Assembly (NCBI GenBank): GCA_013115125.1
Contig: JABANN010000381.1
Coordinates: 1-33,856, forward strand
From: Perkinsus olseni
Lineage: Eukaryota
Direction of reading: 5' to 3'
Length of the DNA stretch: 33,856 nucleotides
The position numbers were made by a program, and so were the translations under genes. Below, piece by piece: positions 22,800 through 33,856 of the stretch (position 1 is its first letter; every line of letters starts with the position of its first letter). The notes below the pieces were generated by a model, which was not told the DNA's origin, did not search any database, and was given only the letters and a program-made list of their open reading frames with translations.

Positions 22800-25700
22800 C
22801 TCGAGTGTTGTGTGACAGTCGGTCGAGAGTGATAGCTAGAGGTGTCAGAAAGTAGCCCATCCGACCAGGACACCCGATCCCCTTGAAAAGGTACACAGAA
22901 ACTAATAATTATAATAGCCAATCTAAGATAAGCTTGCCCATGGTAGCGGCACAAAGACCGCTCAGGACAACTAGAGAATACACCCCACCACAAATTGTTA
23001 GCATATCCGCTTTTTCGACTTGTGCGCTGTCACCTGGACGAGTACGGTACTCGAAGAGCGTCTTTCAGAGAGCCATCTCTCCATGTTTCATCCCAAAAGC
23101 CTTATGATAAGAACATACCTCCCTGAGTTGCAGTAGAGAATGTGCGGACACAGACTAACTGCTGATCCCTAAAAACCGGAGGAGAATCTTCTCTTCCTGA
23201 TGAGAGCACAGGGGCACTGATCGCCTAGCACCGGTGGCGATGTGGAAACTAGAACACAAGAGAGCACTGATAAGTCCGTACAGTCGGTATGGCTGAGACC
23301 AATCCTGTGAGGTCATGTGTAATGTACTGCGCAATGGTACAGTAATGGTAGTAGGAGTTTTATGGTACTACCCCCTTGGGGGAGTCTCAATTCGAGGAGG
23401 GGGTCTCCAATAGGAGTAGTTGCCACACCCACTGAGGCTGCGTCGATGTAGACCGTGCTGGGTTCTCGGGCACCCCAGTGTTGGTCCGGCACTGCGCGAA
23501 CGATCAGAGCTAGCGGCGAAGTCCCGGCTGGCTGGTCGGCTAATGATGGCAAGCAGTGGGCACTGGGGAAGAGCGGCAGTGGGACTTACCCACGGTCGGG
23601 TAGGTAGTCTGTGGACATGATCCGGATGAACTGGTTGTCCCGCAAGGAGGATGAAGACGGGCGACTGAGCTGCTCGCGCTTCTGCTTGGCGGCTCGTTTG
23701 GTGAGGTATCGAGGAGAACTCGACGGCCGCTGTGCTTGCTGCGGGGAGGCCTCGGCGGAATCTACGAGAAGTGTCCCTCTGACTGCATAGGGAAGGTCAC
23801 CTTGCTGATCACAGGGCTGACCATCCACGAGTTCTGGCGGGCTTCCCTTTGGGAGTTCCTCTAGTGACAATAGAGCGGTGCATTGCTGTTTAGAATTGAC
23901 AAAACCTTCGCCGTCCAGAATGGGCTCCCACACTCGGGACTCGTCACCGTCTTCATTCCTTCCCTGAGGAGCGATGGAGGAGGGCCGAGAGTGGCTTGGC
24001 TCCGACCTGCCCTTCCGTGCCGTCGCTTCCAGCAGGTGACGGTAAGCAGTCCAGAATGTCAAGATTGACGACCTGTGTGGACCTTCTCTTTGCTCTCATG
24101 AAGGCGAGTAGCCCTACCTTAGTGATGGACTGGTTCTCAGCCGCCCAGTCGCCGCGACTGATGATGGCGTCTAAGTCGGGGCTCTCAGCGGCCCATTCTC
24201 TCCGGAGACTCTCCAGTAGACTCTGAGGGATCTAACCAAGCCATGCAGCCTGTTGTTACCGAGAGACGCACGAACCTTGGCGTCGAGCAGCAAGGCGTGA
24301 CGAATGATGATCTCGGGATCGAAGCCTCGACACATCATCGAAGGTCTTCTCGTCAGGGGAGCCCTCCAGGGGACGGGAGGGGATATGTCGCATAGAGCAG
24401 AGCCCCAGCCGGATGATCCAAGCGTGTACTTATGAATCTGAAGGCAAAGGTCAACACTGAGACAGCCTCTGAACACAATTGTGATGGGAGTCCATACAAA
24501 TAGTGGAGAGGCTGCGAAGAGTGTTCAACAAGTTCCAATTTCGGAAGGCACTTTTTCACGCCCCCAGCGGCTGTGGAGGTTCACACGGCGAATATCGAAG
24601 CGGAACTCGAGCAATACACTCTCGAGACACGCATCGAGCTAGGTTGGAAATATCGAGCGCTCGCGAGATGCCTTTCAAAATTAGATGAGAAGCAAATGGG
24701 ACACCCTTGACGGTGGAAATAAGACCGCTTGTTCACCTGCAAGAGTTTCTTCTTGCGAGTCGTGGCTGGAGGAGAGTAGCTGCCACGGTACTCGTCGAAG
24801 CTGTCGTGACCACCGGCAGAGTGAGACGAGGTACCACCGATGTCGTTGAGGACCTGAGGGGGCCTGTGAGAAGAGAAGTAGTCGCAGCTCGTGCCTGATG
24901 AAGTCCGGCAAAGGTCTTCTCCTTAAGGAACCTCTTAGACGAAAGGGACATGATAGCCAACGATAGCAGCAACAGACTCCTGGGGAAGCCCAAGTGCGGC
25001 GGCAAGGGCGGACAAGAGGCGAAGAGGAAGTCCCACAGCCGGAGGACCTGCCATTGATCGTGATGCCGGTACGACCAGCGTGTCGTCGGGTTACAGTGGA
25101 GAGAGGGAGGCTGTAGGCAAACAGGGTCATGAACCACTTGGTGGCGTACATGTCTGTGACGTCAATGAAGATGCCCTCGGCCTCGCTGATGCTTCGGAAG
25201 TGACTGAGTGGCTGTCGTGCAGAGCGGCCCAGCGGACGGTGAGCTGACTTGTCCAAGTGGGGCAGCTGCGTTTCTAGTAGTCGGGTGAATGTGAACTTGA
25301 GTAGGGACAGTAGTGCCTTGTCCACAGTGAAGAGGGGTGCTAGGTTGTGTCTATGCATGAGGAGACAGAGCAGCCAGAAAGTGTCATCCTGAGTGGGGGG
25401 AGGGTGGTAGCTTCGAAAGGAAGGTCCATGGGCACCTCAGAATGAGTCACTTGAAGCAGCATGCCACTGACGAAGTTCATGCCTTGGCAGTAGCCCAAGT
25501 AAGAGTTACTCGCCGCGAAGGTGTATATAACCCGACCAAGACTGAGGGGAAGAGTTGCTGAGCGTGCGGTAGGGCGATGGTTACGCGTCCAGGTTGCTGT
25601 CTTTATTGAAGTAGTCTGAGCCCGGAAATGTCCGACGGAGGTCCCGATGCAACTCAGCGGCTATGGACGGGTACCTGAGATGTTCCGTCACTCGCCACGA

Positions 25701-26534
25701 AATTAGTTGGCATTCCCACACAGCCAGCTTGGTGTGACTGCTTGCAACGCTTGGGCTAGGCTGATGCTCCTGCGTCGGTCGATTGCACGACGGGGAGTCC
25801 AAGCCCTGCTCGGTGGCAGCCTTCTGACGGGCCGACTTGGAAGGGGGAGTCGCCGCAATAGCGTCGTCCGGCGTTGACGACCAAGCCACTTTGTCACCGC
25901 GCAGGCCTGGACCAGGGACATGCACATGACCACAGTCTGAGGGACCAACCCGTGCAGAGCTTTGCGTAGGTGCCTGGCCTGAGTTGTTCCCTCCAGCCCA
26001 TCACTGCTCGCCAGCACAGCGCCCGAAAACGGGGAGGGGCACCGATCCGAGCCAGCAACGACCTAAGACGCTCTGCTGCACGCCCGCCGTCGAAGCTTCA
26101 GAGACACTGACCGGAAACCATTGGGGTCGCCGTTGTAGGATTCGGTAAAGTCGCCGTCCTTGAGAAGCTTGAACCACCGTATCAGTCTCTCTTTGTCCGG
26201 GCTCTCCGAGGTTGACAACGCCTGCACGAACTCTTGGACAGTCATTTCGTATCTGTGGGACGCCCTGAGTTTCCCGTTGTTTCTGTGCGCTCACAAAAAT
26301 TGTCTCCTTTTTCTGCTGCCCGGTTGCTCACGGGGAGTGACTTCGGTCACTCGGTCGCGAGGAGCTCCTTCCCGGGCGCCCTCTACGCCTGGCTGAGCTG
26401 AAGACAAGTCCTGTTTCACCAGTCTGCCCGCTGAGGGACTCACTCGTGTGCGCTCTGAGCTGACCGACTGCGTGGGGGGACTCTGCTGAAGCGGTGGTGG
26501 TGTGGTATCGGTATTTAGAGAAGCCACAGCCCAT
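22800..26534 (-). CDS. TBC-domain Rab GTPase-activating protein
   Basis: ELHRDLRRTFP (Arg finger, ~25620-25655), LGYCQGMNFVSGMLL (Gln finger, ~25455-25500), DDTFWLL, YATKWFMTLFAYSLP and RLWDFLF. Starts MGCGFS at 26534. The 3' exons and stop position are uncertain. Confidence 0.88.
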
Positions 26535-27758
26535 AGGTGAGGATTACACAGCAGTGAGCATAAAAGTTCATTAATGTACTGCAGAGAAGCTGGACCAAAC
26601 CATGCTCCGCAAACCTGTGCATTTTGCCTCCGCCGTTCTGCGCGAGGCGTGACAGGGTAGAAGACTGCAAGCGAGCTAATAATAAGGCGGTAGTGTCTAG
26701 ACATACGCTACTACGTAGTGTGTCATCGCCAAAAATATTAGTCCTAGAATCAACATAACAGATCATGTAGAGCACATCGGCAGATCCCAGTCAGCGTTCT
26801 GGACTTCTATTCTGACTGCGTGACATCGTAGCCGTACGAGGTACACAAGCCTTCGGAACTTTCGGGATTTCCTGCAGCAAGATCATTTTCGGGTACCGGT
26901 TGGCAATCCTGGGACGACCTTCAGGAGGTTCAAATTGAAACACGCAGCCTGCGGTGCAATCGAACCCGATGAGGCGCTCCGTGTCGCCGCTGATCCCGCC
27001 ACCACGGCCAGATTGCCTTCAAACTTAATGACATATCTGCTGAATACTCATGTCCGATCATCTAACAATCATCAACACCGATGCCCAACCGTCTGCTCAT
27101 GCAGGACTCGTCGAAAGTTTAAACTCGGAACCACTGTATCCAAGTCAAGTCCGACCATTTCGTATCCTCCTAGACCCAGGAGTCCTACTCAAAACGGCAT
27201 CGGGATCGCGGCCCACGGGTACATTGATGTGCTCTCAAGTCTTATTCTCTGCGAAGCTTCCCTCGTGCAGCTTACCCGGCGGCAGGCTTCCGACTCAAAG
27301 TTCGAGGCTTCCCCGTCCCGCACCAGCCAGACTCCTGTGAGGAGTTTGGTATGCTGAGAACTTGTCGGGTGGGCACCGGATGAAAATCGACCAGCCCGGG
27401 CCTGTGGGCACTGGCTAGTTCAATCCCAAACGTTCTCGAACCACCAATGTTAGCGATTGGCCAACGACAGCGAAGAGCGCTGAGAGATCTCAAAGAAAGG
27501 CGATGGATTCCAGTTGGCGGGCCTTCGCTATACGCGGAATTTGCTTCTGAAAGTTAATAAAACTGTAAGGCGTCTGAGTGAGTTCCGGCTAACCGTAACG
27601 CACCTTATATTGATATCCCAAGGGGCCGTTATAGAATGTAGAAAGGCTCTTCAAAAGGTGCCACTTGAATACGCAGTCAACGCGCCATTGAGGTATAGCA
27701 AGATCTTCAAGATTGGCAAGAAAGTCGTGTAGGGTTCGAATTTTTCAGCTTCGTTTTT

Positions 27759-29005
27759 ATGATGAGCGAGCCAGCCAACAGCGAGGAGGGTCGGGAGAAG
27801 TACACCGCCCTGAAGCTGAAGGAACTGCAGAACCTGTGCAAGGAGAAGGGACTTCAGTAGGAAGCGTCTTTGGCTCGCTTCTACCGGAATGCGTCGACGG
27901 ACCGCGTTAACTGAAGTCCGGGTGTTGAATCGACTACCTCTCCTGGATTTCAAGAGGGGCTTCTTAGGACGTCTTTTACGCGTTAAGATCACTACTGAAG
28001 GCACCCTTGACGCTGGGGGGAGGTCTATTGGACACCTTCGCTGGTTCTGAGACTCAAAATCAATTCAGAAATTGTTTACGCGTAAAATGCGAAATTGCAG
28101 AATTAATTTTGGGGGTCAGAATTGCCTTGATTGAGGGTCTTCTGAATTTGGAGTGTCCGAAAGCATTGTGGACAGTTTGGAGGGGTGTCCCTCGCCTGGG
28201 AGTTGCGGATAGTGTGGTACGACTTGTGGTGTAGGGTCATCGGACGGAAGGATGTACTGATATCTCGCCTGGTTGAATATGACGTTGCCAATGCAGCTGA
28301 AGAGGTTACGCCCGACCTCGACGGAAAAAAAGATACTTCCTCAAGTGAGCTCGGAGGGCCCTCTGGAAGTAGCCATGGTGCTCATTAAGGTTCGCCCCGA
28401 AAGATCTCTACCGGCGTCAGCGGAAGTCCGAGAAAGTCCGTGGTTGAAGCTGGCTCTCAACAGGCCACGCCTGGGAAAACTATCATTTCTACCACCGTGG
28501 ACACGGAGGCGACCAAGGTGAACTCGTGATAAGACGATCGTAGTGGATTCATTTTCGAGGTTCAGGTCTCTCCAACGGCAGAGAAAAGCGAGGAGCAGCG
28601 GAGGTTGGAGCGGGCCAAACGGTAGTAATGTGGACGGGCTGAGGTGGCTGCTGGTGACTTGCCTTGGTAGGTTCGGCACTGAGACTGTCGAAGACAAGAA
28701 GCTCGAGAGAGCTTTGCGGTTCGGTATGGTTAGTAAGGAGACGGAAGAGGCGAAAATGAAAGCTCGGTACTGCGGCGTCGTTGCACAATGACCGACGAGA
28801 GTGTTCGTCGTAGGGCCGAGAGATTCGCCAGTGCCCAGGATACTGAAAATCCTGACGAAGAGGCTGCGAGGAAATTGAAAAGAGCTCAAAGGTCATAGTT
28901 TGTTAGTGTTGTAGCCCAGGATTTCGGAAGGGCAGGTTCGGCATGGTCACCGCGGATACCGAAGCTGAAAAGAAGCGACTAAGGAGCATACGTTTTGGTA
29001 CGTAA
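27759..29005 (+). CDS. SARNP: SAP-domain ribonucleoprotein (SARNP/CIP29/Tho1/MOS11), mRNA export factor
   Basis: SAP domain spans intron 27858-28233: YTALKLKELQNLCKEKGLQ-VIGRKDVLISRLVEYD. C-terminal repeats RAKRFG, RALRFG, RAERFA, RAQRFG and RSIRFG. Confidence 0.88.
28045..28110 (+). repeat. Short dispersed repeat, copy 1 (SARNP intron 1)
   Basis: TCTGAGACTCAAAATCAATTCAGAAATTGTTTACGCGTAAAATGCG aligns with 31024-31074. Confidence 0.65.
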
Positions 29006-29112
29006 ATTTGGATGACGATGATGCAGCTTGTGACGGAGCGCGTCGTCTGTGTCTTAATCAAGCTACGTTTGGGTGTTGCGTGGTTACTTATAGAAGAGAA
29101 GGGGGCGTTGAG

Positions 29113-29202
29113 TAAACCAATTCCGGATCTCAGAATCGAGTCTGGTACCGCATTTTTCGTGCAAAAATCTATCCCAGAATCGATTCTGAGCTTCAGAATC
29201 AC
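29113..29202 (-). repeat. Short dispersed repeat, copy 2 (MITE-like, with internal inverted repeats)
   Basis: The reverse complement TCTGAAGCTCAGAATCGATTCTGGGATAGATTTTTGCACGAAAAATGCG resembles the other copies. Inverted pair CTCAGAATCGA (29129-29139) / TCGATTCTGAG (29180-29190). Confidence 0.65.
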
Positions 29203-29311
29203 TGTTTGAACGAGGGAGACTTTGTGAGTTTGACGAGTTTCTTGAGGGCGCTTCGCGGAAGTTCAGTTTATTTTAATTAGCAGCTCATTCTCGGCCCAGT
29301 AGAAGAGGACC

Positions 29312-29343
29312 ATGACCAGCCCGGGTGAGCTGTGGAAGGCTCC

Positions 29344-29405
<62 letters not shown>

Positions 29406-32400
29406 GGGCCTGTCCGTAGGTGTTTCAGTGATGAGCACTGAGGAGAAGATGGAGCGGTTGGCTAATAAGTATCTTAAACTGCGGGGGCAATATGGTAATA
29501 GGGGAGATCGATCTTCGTGGCACGGTGCCCAAAACTGAGGGAGGAAATATGAATGTAAAGGCTGTGCAATAGAAAATTTCCCGTAGATTCAGAATAGGTA
29601 ATTATTTCTGTTTTATTGTCGAGCATGACAGCCAAGAAACCGATTATGCATTTTTCGTACTCCACGCACGCCCAAGCTTAAGCTCAGCCGGACAGTCAAT
29701 CTGGTCAATCTGGATTGACCATTGGCGAGTAATGGGGGTCGGGGTGGCTGTATTCATGTCTTTCCGAGCGGCTCATCCGTCTAAGGCCAGGGGCAGCCTG
29801 AGGTTCTCCAACGTAGATACGCTGAAGAGAAACTATGCCGACTCTCAAAGAGAGAAACGGGAACTTCAAAAACAGTTGTCGTCAAAGACGAACGGCGCAG
29901 TAGGTGGTATAACTCGGGAGGAACTCAGGGAGCCGCGCCTTAGGAATACCCGTCCGGGAACGCTGGCTCGACCAGTCCGTCAGAGGTTGTGGATGAGTCT
30001 GAGGGTAGTTGGCCCTCGCCGGCGAATGGATATCTGCATCGCTCCGCTCAGAAGCGTCTATTTCGCACTATAAAGAACGCATACGAGAGCTGGAGGAAAA
30101 GCTGAGGAGTTTGGAGGAGAAGAATAATCAGCCGAAGCCCTCTCCTACCACCTCAGTATTGGGCTTCGGTGCTATGAAGGTCGGCTGAGCTGCGACAGAA
30201 AGCTTTGGCGAGGTCGAATGAATTTCAGGGTCTGCTGGGCCCCACGGGCGCCTTGGGAATGGGGAATGGTAGAGACCATCAGGACGCTCAGGATCGGATG
30301 AAGGAGCTAGAAGCGATTGTGGAGGAGTTACAGACCAGAGTGGAAGTTGTTAACGACGACTGCAAGGTAATAGTGGGGATTGTCACCGTTGACCGATAAT
30401 AGGGAGGCGATGAACGGTATAGTCACAACGCAACGTCGACCCCCAGGGCCTGCCTGTGAGCTCAGGGAGCTGGCGTGTCTTTCTCTTCTCCTTGCGAAGA
30501 ATGGCCAATGCAATGCTCGTTCGCGTTCACTCGGTGCGTGGTTCGTTGGGGTAAGGAGCGAGGAGGAACTCGAATCCGCTGGAAAATTCCGCGAGGAAAA
30601 ATTGAAATGGCTACTTGTTTGTATTGGAGAGAAAATTACTGTTTTGAATGGCGGTGAGAGCGCGGTTAGGGCTCGGGACTCGGCCGCCACCGGGGTGCCC
30701 GATCGCTGTGTTGCTGCAGAGGCTGCAGGATGAGTTAGCGTCCGTGAGTCGAGAACGGGACGACCTGCTGGCCAGGACAGAGGGGTTGACTCGGGAGAGG
30801 GAGAAAGAGGCGGCGCTTTTGCGGGAGTAGGACGGCTGCGCTCGACTCGGCATTCTATGGTCGCGTGGTCAGCTTGCGCACCTCCTCGGAGTCCGCTAGT
30901 AGACGCATATGCGTGTTGCAGGAGGAAAAGGAGAAGCTGGGGAAAGAACTGTTGGCTGCAGAAGGTGAGGCGGAAGGTTACGGCCGGGCTACCACTGGCA
31001 TTCTCCCTGTTCGATAGAGTAACTCTGAGAGTCAGAATCGACTCTGGAATTGGTTTTTTTACGCGTAAAATGCGTTTCCAGATTTTATCCAGATTTGGCT
31101 TAGTTATCAAACTCGTACCCTGCTATCTTACTCGTAGCCCAACACCATCACCACACGTTAGCTTTTTGCCGTCGAGCTCGACTGAGTCTTTGTACTGGGA
31201 CCAGCCCAATAGTTATCGTGGCGGGCAGACGTGAATCGTTCACACTCAATATTCATGATCAACATGGCTGCCGCTTCTTCCAACTCGGCGCGGTTTTTTA
31301 TTACTTCTGTAGGCATGGTGTCTTCTCTGGAAGCGGAGAAGGGGGCACTCGAGAGCTCCAACGAAGCACTGAGTCAAAGGATAGCGGCTGTTGAGGGCGA
31401 ACTGGTAGACCCCCGTTCTAAGGAAAGTGAGGTCGTGTTACCGACGGTGCTTGCTTCAGACGGGGAGCCTCGGGGGCAAGGGATCGCGTTGCAAAGAAGT
31501 CTCAGTTTCTGTTGCTTCTGTGACGAGCCGGTAGGGTGTGTGTTCTGATCATAGTAACGTGAGGAGTTCTCCTGTTAGGCACCCGATGCGCAGCGTAGCG
31601 ACGGAAACGATTCCGCGGGACACCTCCTCTCTGAGTTCAGTGAAGGATTTGATGGACTTGGCGGAACTTTCTTCGCGGCAGCGGCATGCGCAAGCTCTCA
31701 CGGACGAGTCGGCCTCGCGAGCCCTGACAGACCCAGGCGACCACCGGGACTTGTGGACGGTAGGATGCTGTTGTTGGGGTATGGACTCGAGTAGAGTGGT
31801 GGAGATCGTTATTTGGATTGAAATACTCCAGAGCTGGGGAAACTCAAGGGAAGGCAAGATGAGCAAGACTGAACTTGTTCAGGCCTCGGCACCTCGAAGT
31901 CCCTATTCTTTCCAAGGGCTTACGAGCTCACCCTCGTATGGAGGTGCGATGAAGTTACGAGCGGACTTGGTGTCACCGCCGGACAATCAGGGTGCAGTGA
32001 CGGTGAAGCTGTCATCGTCCTCATCAGCAGAGTAAGTAGAGCCGTAGGCGGCGGGATTGAATGTTCGCGCAAGGGCTGTGAAAAGTCGCTACCCGGATTT
32101 GAACCGGGGTTGTCACGGCCACAACGTGACGTCCTAACCACTAGACGATAGCGACTTACATTTCGTGAAGCCGGGACCTACTCGAGCCACCTCTTCGTCC
32201 ATTCTGAGCTTACTGACCCCGTTTTCTTTGCTCAGGGCAATTTCTCCCCGGGGATCCACCTTGTGCATGCTGGTTGAAGCGCTCCGGCAAGAAATACATC
32301 AGGCCAATGCCAAGTGGGCTGGCCCGCCGCATCTTGTCAGTCTCCGACTCTCTTGCTGATTCTCTCAGGCATTTGATATTGGTATCAGAAATAGCTCTGT

Positions 32401-33096
32401 CAGCATCACACCTTTCGACGGTCTCGGAGGACCGAGATATTGCGGTAGGTGGATACCCTCCGCAGAGCTGCCACCGATCACGGTATCTTCAGGTAAACGA
32501 GGCCCGGGCTCTCCGTGCAGCACTTGAGGAGGTTGAGTTGGAGCTCTCGACGACTAAGATGAGGTCAGCTAAAGGGCACCGGCGTGTCGCTCATATCCTC
32601 CAATTCGTGTCCATGTCTAAGCAGCCTCACTGAAAGTAGGCTGCTGGATAGGAACTGAGTCGTATTTTATCGCGGCACTTGTCGCAATCGTTGCTCACAT
32701 GATGTTACTTCGGTTCGCTGTTTGAAACATCTAGTGTTCCCTCCGCGCCGGGAGGGTTATTGGATATTTCTCGACAGTTACGATGAGCAGCTAGGGGCAC
32801 TCACGGACCACCTCTGCCAAATGCAGCAGCTGGTGGAGGAGAAGGAGGGACTTGTGAATCAAACGCTCGAGCACAGGGTCCGTCGCCGCTCTGTGGTCGC
32901 CTTCGTTGCACCGTCTTGCTTTGTGTAGATATACTGTGGGCGATGTGGCTGCTGGAATCAATTGAAATCCCTCGTCAGTGGTGGTGGGCAATGCAGCCTC
33001 TGTGGCGGCCGGGTGCTGGTCCTTGGCTGGGTCGAAGCACCTCCTGACGCTGCGGATGATGAAAAGGCTGCGCCGCTGCCGAATCAGTCGTCCTGA
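29312..33096 (+). CDS. PPP1R21: PPP1R21 / KLRAQ1 / FERRY subunit 2-like coiled-coil protein
   Basis: N-terminal EKMERLANKYLKLRGQY-DTLKR resembles the KLRAQ domain. C-terminal ELELSTTKM-SYDEQLGALTDHLCQMQQLV (intron 32564-32777) matches the TTKRSYEDQLSMMSDHLCSM motif as I recall it. Coiled-coil exons lie between. The last exon encodes CGRC...CSLC. Confidence 0.78.
29344..29405 (+). repeat. (TCA)20 microsatellite in intron 1 (29325-29419) of the PPP1R21-like gene
   Basis: Perfect trinucleotide run between a GTGAGC donor and a CCGTAG acceptor. Confidence 0.97.
31021..31095 (+). repeat. Short dispersed repeat, copy 3 (intronic)
   Basis: TCTGAGAGTCAGAATCGACTCTGGAATTGGTTTTTTTACGCGTAAAATGCG. Confidence 0.65.
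32084..32155 (-). tRNA. trnH-GUG: tRNA-His (GUG)
   Basis: Cloverleaf GTCGCTA-TC-GTCTAGTGGTTAGGAC-G-TCACG TTGTGGC CGTGA-CAAC-CCCGG TTCAAAT CCGGG-TAGCGAC-T, with fully paired acceptor, anticodon and T stems. It runs into a T4 Pol III terminator. Confidence 0.96.
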
Positions 33097-33174
33097 CGTC
33101 GAAGTTGTCTGTCTCTGACTTTCCGAAATCATTTGCTATTCCATCTATCAGTGAACCATGCTCCACGGAGTGTA

Positions 33175-33500
33175 TCAGGTACCAATGGTACTGTAAGATT
33201 GAATCCTGCGCCTGTTGCGTTTAGTGCAGAGGCTTGTGATTCCCTTCGGTGACGAGGCATCGCTGAGCTTCGTGAGCAGCATTGGCAACAGGGCCGCTTG
33301 CTCCGTCAGGTGGTGGCGATCATCCGGCCCGTGTATGCGTCCAGAGAGGGGCGCTGCCGGGGAGCACACGGCCGAACTTTCGGTCTTCTGACCCTTCCAG
33401 TCCTCCTGATACATGAATTTACATCTCGGAAGTGCTGAGTCTCGGTCACTATCCGTGGGACACCCAGGAGAAGAAACGTTGCGAATCGTAAGCTGTACGT
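33175..33500 (-). CDS. Probable 3' exon of a hypothetical gene extending to the right
   Basis: Open frame after a CAG acceptor: LTIRNVSSPGCPTDSDRDSALPRCKFMYQEDWKGQK...YSTIGT*. No family recognised. Confidence 0.3.
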
Positions 33501-33856
33501 CACGAGTCTCGTCAATGCATGGAAATGGTGCAAAAGGCCCATTATCTAGCTCCGAGCTCTGTCACTGACAGACTGTCAGTGACAGACTGTCACGAAAAAG
33601 CAAATGAGCCAATAGGAAGAAGCTTGCTTTTTGAAGGGAGTAGAGTGCTTGACTGTATGGTGGCTGCTGATTTGATTGGATTGCCGGTCGCGCAGTTGTG
33701 TCACGCTGAGAATAGCAGCGGGAGGATTTCCGGTATGGCTCAAGTTGACCCCCCGAAATTGTGTCCTTATCAGCGAAATTGACTGACGAACTACACGAAG
33801 CCCGCGCAGTGTAGAGTGGTGCAAATACAGAGACGAAGCAAGCGCTCGCCTGCGGC

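Noticed and set aside
22800-26534. TBC gene as TBCK (FERRY subunit 1)
   Set aside because: No N-terminal pseudokinase or C-terminal rhodanese domain is recognisable.
29332-29538. Poly-Ser or poly-His protein from the (TCA)n run
   Set aside because: The run lies within a GT-AG intron whose removal restores the in-frame PPP1R21-like N-terminus.
30328-31110. 260-aa minus-strand ORF
   Set aside because: It is the antisense shadow of coiled-coil exons and an intronic repeat.

Overview
Eukaryotic genomic DNA of roughly balanced GC content, with compact genes broken by many short (~45-60 nt) GT-AG introns. The architecture suggests a Perkinsus-like alveolate (inference). The left ~13.5 kb is accessory or decaying. 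It holds a gene remnant, a tandem triplet of a lineage-specific secreted-protein family (copy 1 pseudogenised, copy 2 with a 1-nt frameshift), a disrupted gene with an acidic 36/60-bp minisatellite, and a degenerate 3'-truncated Ty3/gypsy-like LTR element (LTR, PBS, gag and protease relics). Next come two tandem CDP-alcohol phosphotransferase (EPT/CEPT-like) paralogues with patchwork identity. The right part is a housekeeping block: a FIP1-motif gene that can splice in frame to downstream RRM exons, a dually acylated TBC RabGAP, SARNP/Tho1, and a PPP1R21 (KLRAQ/FERRY2) homologue with a C-terminal Cys4 ribbon. One PPP1R21 intron carries an antisense tRNA-His(GUG) with an atypical U73. All exon structures were assembled by eye and no database searches were run.
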